Positions 56,355 through 64,000 of a stretch of DNA of 64,000 nt are shown in pieces. Source of the DNA: an uncultured Lachnospiraceae bacterium (GTDB lineage: Bacteria; Bacillota; Clostridia; Lachnospirales; Lachnospiraceae); NCBI GenBank assembly GCA_949484645.1, contig CASYOT010000002.1:2912-66911 (forward strand). The letters run 5' to 3'. The position numbers were made by a program, and so were the translations under genes. Every line of letters starts with the position of its first letter. Positions within the stretch are counted from its first letter, which is position 1. Under the pieces are notes generated by a model that saw nothing but the letters and a program-made list of their open reading frames with translations, did not search any database and was not told the DNA's origin.

Positions 56355-57455
56355 ATGGAAGATAGGGACTATATGCGGATTGCAATAAAAGAAGCAAAAA
56401 AGGGAGAAGGCTTTACGAATCCAAATCCGATGGTTGGGGCCGCGCTTGTGAAAGACGGGCGGGTAATTGGCAAGGATTTCCACCATAGATACGGTGGATT
56501 CCATGCTGAGCGGAATGTAATTTTAAATTGCAGGGAGCCTGTGGAGGGAGCAAAACTTTATGTGACATTAGAGCCATGCTGTCATTATGGAAAAACGCCG
56601 CCCTGTACGGATATTATCATTGAAAGTGGCATTCGGGAGGTATATATTGGCTCAATGGACCCAAATCCGCTTGTCGCGGGAAAAGGCGTAAAGCAGTTAA
56701 AAAAGCATGGCATAAAAGTTGTGACGGGCGTTTGCGAAGCGGAGTGCCTAGAACTTAACCGCGTGTTTTTTCATTATATAAAACATAAAACGCCCTATGT
56801 TATCATGAAATATGCGATGACGGCTGATGGGAAAATTGCGACGCGGACGGGAAAGTCAAAGTGGATTACTTCAGAAGCTGCCAGAGGACGCGTTCAGGAA
56901 AGCCGCCATAAATATATGGGGATTATGGCAGGGGTTGGCACTGTGCTTTTGGACAATCCGAGATTAACGTGCAGATTGGAAGGGAAAAGAAGTCCGGCGC
57001 GGATTATTTGCGATACGCATCTGCGGACGCCGCTTACGGCAGAAGTGGTACAGACGGCGCGTGAGATTCCGACAATTCTTGCAACGGCAGAAACAGACAG
57101 TAAAAAGATGGAGCCTTATCATGCAAAGGGGGTTCAGATGCTTGCCGTTCCCTTAGAAGGGGAAAGACTGGATTTAAAAATCTTAATGCAAAAATTGGGC
57201 GAACAGGGGATCGACAGTATATTGTTGGAAGGCGGGGCAATACTGAATTATAGCGCATTAAAAAGCGGGATTGTCCATGCGGTTGAGATGTACATTGCGC
57301 CGAAACTGTTTGGCGGGACACAAGCGAAAACGCCCGTGGAAGGGCTTGGCGTAGAACTGCCGGATCAGGCGTTTCAACTGTGTGATCCAAAGATTTCCCA
57401 GATCGGGGAGGATATTTTAATTGAATGGAAGGTGGGTGTATGTTTACAGGAATAA
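56355..57455 (+). CDS. ribD: bifunctional riboflavin biosynthesis deaminase/reductase RibD
   Basis: MEDRDYMRIAIKEAKKGEGFTNPNPMVGAALVKDG...HAERNVILNC...TLEPCCHYGKTPPC deaminase zinc motifs, then reductase domain; start set to ATG 56355 (the track start 56232 would run through the terminator). Confidence 0.9.
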   Translation: MEDRDYMRIAIKEAKKGEGFTNPNPMVGAALVKDGRVIGKDFHHRYGGFHAERNVILNCREPVEGAKLYVTLEPCCHYGKTPPCTDIIIESGIREVYIGSMDPNPLVAGKGVKQLKKHGIKVVTGVCEAECLELNRVFFHYIKHKTPYVIMKYAMTADGKIATRTGKSKWITSEAARGRVQESRHKYMGIMAGVGTVLLDNPRLTCRLEGKRSPARIICDTHLRTPLTAEVVQTAREIPTILATAETDSKKMEPYHAKGVQMLAVPLEGERLDLKILMQKLGEQGIDSILLEGGAILNYSALKSGIVHAVEMYIAPKLFGGTQAKTPVEGLGVELPDQAFQLCDPKISQIGEDILIEWKVGVCLQE

Positions 57456-58078
57456 TAGAAGAAATCGGCACAGTGCGGAGGATTGGATCGGGCAGAATCC
57501 ATATTCGGGCAAAAACGGTTTTAGAAGGCGTGAAAATTGGGGACAGTATTGCCGTTAATGGGGTTTGCCTGACGGTGACGGAATTGGGCGCGGATTTTTT
57601 TGCCGCAGACGTTATGCCGGAGACTTTTCAGAGAAGCTCTTTGGGAAAGCTTAAGACGGGAAGCGGCGTGAATTTAGAGCGGGCGATGGCGGCGGACGGA
57701 CGGTTTGGCGGGCATATTGTTTCCGGACATATTGATGGGACGGGGAAAATCCAGTCTATTACAAAAGACGGGAATGCGGTCCGTTACCGGATTGACACAT
57801 CGAAAGAGCTTTTGCGTGGGATTGTGGAAAAAGGGTCGGTGGCTGTAGACGGCATTAGCTTAACAGTTGCCGCAGTGGCATCGGATTGGTTTGAACTTTC
57901 GGTGATTCCCCATACGCTTCATGAGACGGTTTTGGAGAAGAAACGGATAGGGGAAATTGTGAATCTGGAAAATGATATGATCGGAAAATATGTAGAGCGG
58001 CTGTTGTCTTTGAATCAGGAAGAAGAAAAAAAGCCGTCTGCGTTGACAAAAGAATTTTTGCTTCGGGCAGGATTTTAG
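57440..58078 (+). CDS. ribE: riboflavin synthase alpha subunit
   Basis: [12 protein letters not shown]...two lumazine-binding repeats ([13 protein letters not shown] / [12 protein letters not shown]). Confidence 0.9.
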   Translation: MFTGIIEEIGTVRRIGSGRIHIRAKTVLEGVKIGDSIAVNGVCLTVTELGADFFAADVMPETFQRSSLGKLKTGSGVNLERAMAADGRFGGHIVSGHIDGTGKIQSITKDGNAVRYRIDTSKELLRGIVEKGSVAVDGISLTVAAVASDWFELSVIPHTLHETVLEKKRIGEIVNLENDMIGKYVERLLSLNQEEEKKPSALTKEFLLRAGF

Positions 58079-58089
58079 GAGGGAAAAAC

Positions 58090-59295
58090 ATGCAGGCATT
58101 TAGTTCGGTGAAAGAAGCGTTAGAAGATTTAAGGCAGGGAAAAATTATTCTTGTCACAGATGATGAGGATAGGGAAAATGAAGGGGATTTTATTTGCGCG
58201 GCGGAATTTGCGACGACGGAAAATGTTAATTTTATGGCGATGCATGGCAAAGGGCTGATTTGTATGCCGATGGGGAAGGCGCTTGTGGAAAAATTAATGC
58301 TTCCGCAAATGGTTTCGAATAACACGGATAACCATGAAACGGCGTTTACGGTTTCGATTGATGCGGTGGAAACGACGACAGGGATTTCAGCGAAAGAGCG
58401 TGGGATTACCGCCAGAAAGTGCGTCGATGAAAACGCCGTTCCTGAGGATTTCAGAAGGCCGGGGCACATGTTTCCGCTTTTAGCGAAAAAGAACGGCGTG
58501 CTGGAGCGTAACGGGCATACGGAAGCGACAGTCGATTTGATGCGGCTTGCGGGATTAAAGGAATGCGGCTTGTGCTGTGAAATTATGCGGGAAGACGGAA
58601 CGATGATGCGGACAGAGGAATTGATGGGTCTTGCGAAAGAATTTCAAATTAAGATGATTACGATTCAGGCAATTCAGGAATACAGGAAAGTGCATGAAAA
58701 GCTGGTAGAGGAAGTTGCAATTACGAAAATGCCGACGCGTTATGGGGAGTTTTTGGCGCATGGGTATGTCAACCGCTTAAATGGAGAGCATCATGTGGCA
58801 TTGGTAAAAGGAGAGATTGGAGACGGAGAGCATTTGCTTTGCCGCGTCCATTCGGAGTGCTTGACGGGCGATGCGTTTGGCTCGATGAAGTGTGACTGTG
58901 GGCAGCAGCTTCAATCGGCGATGAAGCAAATTGAAAAAGAAGGCCGTGGGATTTTGCTTTATCTGCGGCAGGAGGGCCGCGGGATTGGGCTTATCAATAA
59001 ACTTCGGGCGTATGAATTGCAGGATCGGGGAATGGATACGGTGGAAGCGAATTTGGCGCTGGGCTTTGAGGAGGATTTGCGGGAGTATTATATTGGGGCG
59101 CAGATTCTCAGGGATTTGGGCGTAAAAAGTTTGCGGCTTTTGACAAATAATCCGAAGAAGATTGACGGCCTTTCGGAGTTTGGGCTTAGCATTGAACAAA
59201 GAGTGCCGATTCAGATGGAGCTGACGCCGTTTGATGCGTATTATATGAGGACGAAGAAGAAGAAGATGGGGCATATGTTGGAGGGGGAGTTTTAG
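58090..59295 (+). CDS. ribBA: bifunctional 3,4-dihydroxy-2-butanone-4-phosphate synthase / GTP cyclohydrolase II
   Basis: [16 protein letters not shown] synthase motif; C-terminal GTP cyclohydrolase II with [21 protein letters not shown] zinc motif. Confidence 0.9.
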   Translation: MQAFSSVKEALEDLRQGKIILVTDDEDRENEGDFICAAEFATTENVNFMAMHGKGLICMPMGKALVEKLMLPQMVSNNTDNHETAFTVSIDAVETTTGISAKERGITARKCVDENAVPEDFRRPGHMFPLLAKKNGVLERNGHTEATVDLMRLAGLKECGLCCEIMREDGTMMRTEELMGLAKEFQIKMITIQAIQEYRKVHEKLVEEVAITKMPTRYGEFLAHGYVNRLNGEHHVALVKGEIGDGEHLLCRVHSECLTGDAFGSMKCDCGQQLQSAMKQIEKEGRGILLYLRQEGRGIGLINKLRAYELQDRGMDTVEANLALGFEEDLREYYIGAQILRDLGVKSLRLLTNNPKKIDGLSEFGLSIEQRVPIQMELTPFDAYYMRTKKKKMGHMLEGEF

Positions 59296-59678
59296 CGGAC
59301 GCTGCCCAGCAGATACAATTTTCCGCTGGGAGCGCTTTTGCTTGTTGACGCTCGCAGCGGCGCTAAGACGCCAAAATACGGCGTCTAAGAGCCGGCGGCG
59401 TCAAGAATCCCTGCGGCTAATTGTATCTGCTGTTCATCTGGCATTGGGGGACGGTAGGTTTGGTGGGCATTAATGGGTATTGGGTTAGGGAGGAATTTCA
59501 TGTTGGAAAGCGGGGGCTTGTGTTTGAAGCGCAGTGTAGTGGGGGTTGAATAATGGAGAATTGGACTATGGCAGGTTTAGTTTTGGGAAACTGGCTGGTT
59601 TTATCTGCTGTTTAACGGGGGATTGACGGACGGTAGGTTTAGGCGGCTGTAAAATAATAGTTAAGGAGATGGAATGAG

Positions 59679-60146
59679 ATGAATGTATTTGAGGGAAAGA
59701 TTGTTGCGAAGGATATTAGAATTGGGATTGTGGTGGCTAGGTTTAATGAGTTTATTACGGATAAGCTTCTGGGGGGAGCGGTTGACGGGCTTAAGAGGCA
59801 TGAAGTGTCTGAGGATTTGATTGATGTGGCTTGGGTTCCGGGAGCGTTTGAGATTCCGTTGGCGGCGAAGGCTATGGCGGAAAGTGGAAAGTATGATGCG
59901 GTGATTTGTCTTGGCGCGGTGATTCGGGGGGCGACTTCACATTATGATTATGTTTGTAGTGAGGTTTCGAAGGGAGTCGCTCAGGTGGCGCTTCAGTCGG
60001 GGCTTCCGGTGATGTTTGGCGTGTTGACGACGGATACGATTGAGCAGGCGATTGAGCGCGCAGGAAGCAAGGCTGGCAATAAGGGATTTGACTGTGCGAC
60101 GGGCGCGATTGAGATGATTAATTTGCTGCGGGGGATTCGCGGTTAG
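59679..60146 (+). CDS. ribH: 6,7-dimethyl-8-ribityllumazine synthase
   Basis: [33 protein letters not shown]...VPGAFEIP lumazine synthase signature; 155 aa. Confidence 0.9.
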   Translation: MNVFEGKIVAKDIRIGIVVARFNEFITDKLLGGAVDGLKRHEVSEDLIDVAWVPGAFEIPLAAKAMAESGKYDAVICLGAVIRGATSHYDYVCSEVSKGVAQVALQSGLPVMFGVLTTDTIEQAIERAGSKAGNKGFDCATGAIEMINLLRGIRG

Positions 60147-60321
60147 TGGGTGTTTGGAAATGAAATCAGGCATTCTTTTGCTTTTGGGCAGGAGGATGCC
60201 TGATTTATTTTTGGGTTTATTGTAAACTTATTTTTGTGATTGGTTGACAATCTGGAAGGGGTATTATAGAATTGGAAATGGATATTATGGAGGGGAGGGG
60301 TATGGGACGATGGGTTTATCG

Positions 60322-62229
60322 TTTTATAGTGTGAAAATGAGGGCAAGTGAACAGGGAAAGCATATTTCAGGGGCGGAGCGTCTTGTTTTGGAGCGGGAAG
60401 TGGACGTTTGCGTGGAGCAGATGCTTGGGCGTGGGCGGAATCATTCGAAGGGGAAGGCGGATTTGCTGAATATTAAAATGGAAAAGATTGAGGAGAATGA
60501 GATTTTATATTTGGATACACTTCCGGTTTCTACGGTTGAAGTGAAGGATTTCAGAGACGGGCTTAAGGAAGTCAGAAATTGTTTGTTGGAATTGGGGATT
60601 GTGAACGTAGAGGGGATCTTGGGGCGTTTGCCGGAAACGTATGCGATGCGTGGGGCTATGTTGTTAGATGTGGATACGCTGAAACGGTTAGAGCCGGACA
60701 GGGAGCGTGGGGTTAGGGCTACTTATATGGACGGAGTAAGGACGGGGGAAGCTGTTTTTACGAAGGGGAAACATCATTTTCAAGAGGCGGTTGTGCTGGC
60801 GGCGAAGGTGGCGAATGCGCCGAATATTATTGGGGAAATTTGTATTTCGGACGATCCGGATTATGTGGCGGGGTATGTCGCATCGAAGGTGTTTGGGTAT
60901 CGGCGGATTACGAAAGTGAAGGAAGCTGGAAGTGAATTGGGCGGGAGGATTTTTTTGTATCGGGGGCGGGAGGAGGATGTGGCGGAGACGGTTGGCTTTT
61001 TGGAGCATCAGGCTGTGCTTGTGAGGAATGCGCCGGAACTTTTTTCGAGGAACCATAGCGAGGGGAAGTTTGGGTTTCTTAATGAGGAGCTTAAACGTCT
61101 GCGGGAGGATTTTTTATTTCGGAGTATGAAGACTATGCAGTCTGCGCAGTCCTCGTCGGTTTTATGTGATGGAAGGCGTGTGCTTTTGCTTGCTTCAAAT
61201 CATTATTTGGATTTGGCCCGCCGTAAGGATGTGAAGGAGTCTGCGGAGCGGGCGCTTGACTTGTATGGAACGGGTTCGGGAGGTTCGCGGCTTACGACGG
61301 GCAATACGGTTCTGCATGAAAAATTGGAAAGCAGGATTGCAGAGTTTAAAGGGGAGGAGTCTGCGCTGCTGTTTAATTCGGGTTATGTTGCGAATCTTGC
61401 CGCAATTTCTGCGCTTATGGGAAAAGGGGACGTGATTTTCAGTGATGAATTAAATCATGCGAGCATTATTGACGGCTGCCGTCTAAGCGGGGCGGAGATT
61501 GTAATATACCGGCATAATGATATGAGGGATTTGGAGCAAAAGCTGGCCAAGTGTCCGTTTCGGAGGGGGCTTGTGGTGAGTGATGCGGTGTTTAGCATGG
61601 ACGGGGATATTTTAAATCTGCCGGAGTTTGCGCAGCTTGCGGATCGGCATCAGGCGTTGTCGATGGTAGATGAGGCGCATTCGACGGGAGTGATTGGAAG
61701 GACGGGGCGTGGGATTGTGGAGCATTATCATGGCGTATGCAGGCCGGATATTTTGATGGGGACGCTTAGTAAGGCGATTGGCAGTGAAGGCGGGTTTGTT
61801 TGTGGGAGCAGGGCGCTGACGGAATTTTTAAGGCACAAGGCTCGGGGGTTTGTCTTTTCCACTTCACTTTCTCCGGCTGTGGCGGCGGCTTCAATTCAGG
61901 CGCTTGAGGCATTGGAGGAGAATCCGCAGTTGGTTTTAAGGCTTAGGGAAAATGTGTTGTTTTTTTGTGGCTGTTTACGCGAGGGAGGGATTTTGGCTGA
62001 TTCAAAAAGCGCGGTGATACCGATTATGATTGGAGACGAGAAAAAGGCGATTGAGATTTCGGAGGAGCTTTTTTCGGAAGGGTATTTTATCCCTGCAATT
62101 CGTTACCCTACAGTGAAAAGAGGGAGCGCAAGATTGCGGGCGGCGCTTATGTCGGAACATTCGAAAAAAGATCTTAGGGAAGCGGCAGAAGCAATTTTGA
62201 GAGTGTGCGGAAAATATGGGATTGTATGA
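60322..62229 (+). CDS. bioWF: fused 6-carboxyhexanoate-CoA ligase (BioW) / 8-amino-7-oxononanoate synthase (BioF)
   Basis: N-terminal about 250 aa FYSVKMRASEQGKHISGAERL...SDDPDYVAGYVASKVFGYRRITKVKE matches BioW; C-terminal about 390 aa LLLASNHYLDL...GSGGSRLTTGN...FNSGYVANLAAIS...TLSKA matches BioF; single uninterrupted ORF. Confidence 0.75.
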   Translation, partial: FYSVKMRASEQGKHISGAERLVLEREVDVCVEQMLGRGRNHSKGKADLLNIKMEKIEENEILYLDTLPVSTVEVKDFRDGLKEVRNCLLELGIVNVEGILGRLPETYAMRGAMLLDVDTLKRLEPDRERGVRATYMDGVRTGEAVFTKGKHHFQEAVVLAAKVANAPNIIGEICISDDPDYVAGYVASKVFGYRRITKVKEAGSELGGRIFLYRGREEDVAETVGFLEHQAVLVRNAPELFSRNHSEGKFGFLNEELKRLREDFLFRSMKTMQSAQSSSVLCDGRRVLLLASNHYLDLARRKDVKESAERALDLYGTGSGGSRLTTGNTVLHEKLESRIAEFKGEESALLFNSGYVANLAAISALMGKGDVIFSDELNHASIIDGCRLSGAEIVIYRHNDMRDLEQKLAKCPFRRGLVVSDAVFSMDGDILNLPEFAQLADRHQALSMVDEAHSTGVIGRTGRGIVEHYHGVCRPDILMGTLSKAIGSEGGFVCGSRALTEFLRHKARGFVFSTSLSPAVAAASIQALEALEENPQLVLRLRENVLFFCGCLREGGILADSKSAVIPIMIGDEKKAIEISEELFSEGYFIPAIRYPTVKRGSARLRAALMSEHSKKDLREAAEAILRVCGKYGIV

Positions 62230-62248
62230 TTAGAAAGGGTGTGAAACT

Positions 62249-62929
62249 ATGGGGAAAGGGCTTTTTATTACGGGCACTGGCACAGATGTTGGAAAGACAT
62301 ATGTTTCCGCTTTGATTGTAAAAAAACTGCGGGACGCTGGTTTTCGCAGTGGCTATTTTAAAGCGGCGGCCAGCGGCAGCCAAAGAACCCAAAGTGGTCT
62401 GGCGCCGGAAGATGCGGAATATGTAAAGGCTGTTGCGGGGATTGGCGGGAAGCTGTCTGAAATGGTTCCATATGCGTATGAACATGCGTATTCTCCGCAT
62501 TTGGCGGCTCAGATTGAGGGGAATCCGGTGGAAATGGACGTTGTCTGTGGGAAATATGAAGCTATGTTGGAACGGTATGAGTATGTGACTGTGGAAGGCA
62601 GTGGAGGAATTGTCTGTCCGATTCGTTTTGACACGCAGGTGATTTTACTGGAAGATGTGATAAAGAAACTGAACCTTGGCGTTTTGGCTGTTGCAGATTC
62701 AGGGCTTGGGGCGATTAATCGGAGTGTCTTGACGGTGAGTTATTTAAGGAGCAGGGAAATAGAGGTGAAGGGGATTGTATTGAATCGTTTTCGGGACAGC
62801 ATTGTGGAAATGGATAATAGGAAGATGATCGAGTATCTGACAGGCGTTCCGGTAGTGGCTGCCTTGCGTGAAGGTGAAATGTGTCTGGATATTGGGATAG
62901 AGAGGCTGGCGGGATTTTATGACGAATGA
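62249..62929 (+). CDS. bioD: dethiobiotin synthetase
   Basis: MGKGLFITGTGTDVGKTYVSA P-loop signature of BioD; 226 aa. Confidence 0.85.
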   Translation: MGKGLFITGTGTDVGKTYVSALIVKKLRDAGFRSGYFKAAASGSQRTQSGLAPEDAEYVKAVAGIGGKLSEMVPYAYEHAYSPHLAAQIEGNPVEMDVVCGKYEAMLERYEYVTVEGSGGIVCPIRFDTQVILLEDVIKKLNLGVLAVADSGLGAINRSVLTVSYLRSREIEVKGIVLNRFRDSIVEMDNRKMIEYLTGVPVVAALREGEMCLDIGIERLAGFYDE

Positions 62930-63395
62930 ACGGGGGGATTCGGTTAAAAAACTTGTAACGGACGGTATGCTGGCGGCGGTTCTGCTGGTTACGGGAATGT
63001 TTAAAATCCCATCGTTTCTACCGGGCGCGGAATTTCAGATTTCGGCTCCGTTTGCGGTGGCGGTTGCAAAGATTTTGGGATTTAAAAGGTATCTTATGAT
63101 TGGCCTTGCGGCAAGTGTCTGTGGGTTTGCGGTTGGCGCGCAAAATTTGTTAAATATCATGGTTGCCATGGTTTACAGAGTTGTAGTTGGACTTTTGCTG
63201 GATCTGTTTCCAGACAGCAAAGCCGCGGTGGCGCTTTGCGGGCCTTGCGGCACGTTTGTTTCCAGACTTTTGCTGGCGCAGGTTTTGGGCGTTGACTGGG
63301 TTCTGTTGGTTTTGTATGCGCTTCCGGGCATGGCGTTTACGGCGGTTTTGGCTCCGGTGTTTATAAAAGCGGGAAGGAGGTTTGGTTTGCAATGA
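62919..63395 (+). CDS. bioY: biotin transporter substrate-binding component BioY (ECF-type)
   Basis: 158-aa hydrophobic protein with 4-5 predicted TM helices and BioY-like GMLAAVLLVTGMFKIP N-terminal pattern; located inside the bio operon. Confidence 0.6.
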   Translation: MTNERGDSVKKLVTDGMLAAVLLVTGMFKIPSFLPGAEFQISAPFAVAVAKILGFKRYLMIGLAASVCGFAVGAQNLLNIMVAMVYRVVVGLLLDLFPDSKAAVALCGPCGTFVSRLLLAQVLGVDWVLLVLYALPGMAFTAVLAPVFIKAGRRFGLQ

Positions 63396-64000
63396 AGATG
63401 CAAGAGGATTTTGCAAAGAGGGATTTAAGGCATATTTGGCATCCATGTTCGCAGATGAAGGATTATGAAGAACTTCCCCCAATGATTATTGATCATGGGA
63501 AGGGCGTTTATTTATACGATGTGAACGGAAAGGAGTATATGGATATTGTAAGCTCTTGGTGGTGTAATCTGCTGGGGCATTGTAATCCTAAGATAAATGA
63601 AAGCATAAAACGGCAGTTGGACAAGTTAGAGCATGTGATTTTCGCAAATTTTTCACATGAACCGGCGATCCGGCTTTGTGAGGAATTAAAAGAGGAGCTT
63701 CCGGAAGGATTAGAAAAATTCCATTTTTCGGACAATGGTTCTGGGGCGGTGGAGTGCGCGCTTAAGATGGCGTTTCAATACCAGTATCAGACGGGGAATC
63801 CGCAGAAGAAAAAGTTTATGTGCTTTACGGATGCGTATCATGGAGAGACGATTGGGGCGCTGTCTGTCGGATGCATGGATTTGTATGCAAAAATTTATCA
63901 GCCGATGCTTATGGATACGATTCGGGTACAGGCGCCGGACTGTTACCGCTGCCCTTTTGGGTTAAACAGGGATTGTTGTAATGCGGAGTGTTTTGTATAT
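63392..64000 (+). CDS. bioA: adenosylmethionine-8-amino-7-oxononanoate aminotransferase, N-terminal part (runs off window)
   Basis: MKMQEDFAKRDLRHIWHPCSQMKDYEELPPMIIDHGKGVYLYDVNGKEYMDIVSSWWCNLLGH matches the BioA N-terminus; open to the end of the window. Confidence 0.8.
   Translation, partial: MKMQEDFAKRDLRHIWHPCSQMKDYEELPPMIIDHGKGVYLYDVNGKEYMDIVSSWWCNLLGHCNPKINESIKRQLDKLEHVIFANFSHEPAIRLCEELKEELPEGLEKFHFSDNGSGAVECALKMAFQYQYQTGNPQKKKFMCFTDAYHGETIGALSVGCMDLYAKIYQPMLMDTIRVQAPDCYRCPFGLNRDCCNAECFVY

Noticed and set aside
55971-56504. 177-aa minus-strand ORF
   Set aside because: Overlaps the FMN riboswitch and the start of ribD on the opposite strand. An artefact of the GC-rich conserved RNA element.
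58777-59274. 165-aa minus-strand ORF
   Set aside because: Antisense to ribBA, basic low-complexity translation. Spurious.
1-64000. Transposases, integrases, tRNA/rRNA genes or prophage genes marking a mobile island
   Set aside because: None of the ORFs shows DDE transposase, tyrosine or serine recombinase or phage structural signatures, and no tRNA-like sequence was recognised. Island mobility therefore cannot be supported from this window.

Overview
This window is a low-GC Firmicute (Clostridia-like) chromosomal segment. It opens with the 3' end of a flagellin gene (3..173) and its terminator. A strong sigma-A-type promoter follows, and then a glycan-biosynthesis island of about 55 kb (about 465..55375) begins. 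I interpret the island as a flagellin glycosylation island because it sits directly downstream of flagellin and carries a Maf/DUF115-family gene.

The island encodes several pathways:
- **Heptose or higher-carbon sugar module.** GmhA, GmhB, a bifunctional enzyme with HldE domains in reversed order, a split transketolase flanked by two paralogous radical-SAM enzymes, and a B12-binding radical-SAM.
- **Minus-strand operon (AT-rich).** Hexapeptide acetyltransferase, GT2, SDR epimerase, radical-SAM/SPASM, a YerE-like ThDP enzyme and another SDR.
- **Large GT2-domain proteins.** Two tandem paralogs bracketed by paralogous SDRs.
- **Pseudaminic-acid route.** PseB, then (about 14 kb further on) PseI, PseG, PseC, PseH, plus an SpsF-type cytidylyltransferase and a class-III aminotransferase.
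- **Uncharacterised family.** A three-fold tandem family (PglD_N-like Rossmann N-domain plus a DGHHR-type motif) interleaved with a second radical-SAM/SPASM. The module also holds methyltransferases, a second YerE-like ThDP enzyme and an aldo-keto reductase.
- **CDP-3,6-dideoxyhexose route.** Two glucose-1-phosphate cytidylyltransferase paralogs (one with a degenerate P-loop), CDP-glucose 4,6-dehydratase and the E1 3-dehydrase.
- **GDP-type legionaminic-acid route.** CBS-NTP-transferase PtmE-like, LegB, LegC, LegH, LegG, LegI, LegF.

Homopolymeric G tracts (G8, G9, G9, G12) occur at four places. One G9 tract, preceded by an A8, frameshifts a tandemly duplicated methyltransferase, which suggests slipped-strand phase variation.

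The island ends at a terminator followed by a small XRE-family regulator. Beyond it lie an FMN riboswitch and ribD-ribE-ribBA-ribH, with an unusual repeat-rich spacer between ribBA and ribH. The window closes with a biotin operon: a BioW-BioF fusion, bioD, bioY and the start of bioA.

No CRISPR, rRNA or tRNA was seen. All family assignments rest on recognisable motifs in the supplied translations and have not been checked against any database.
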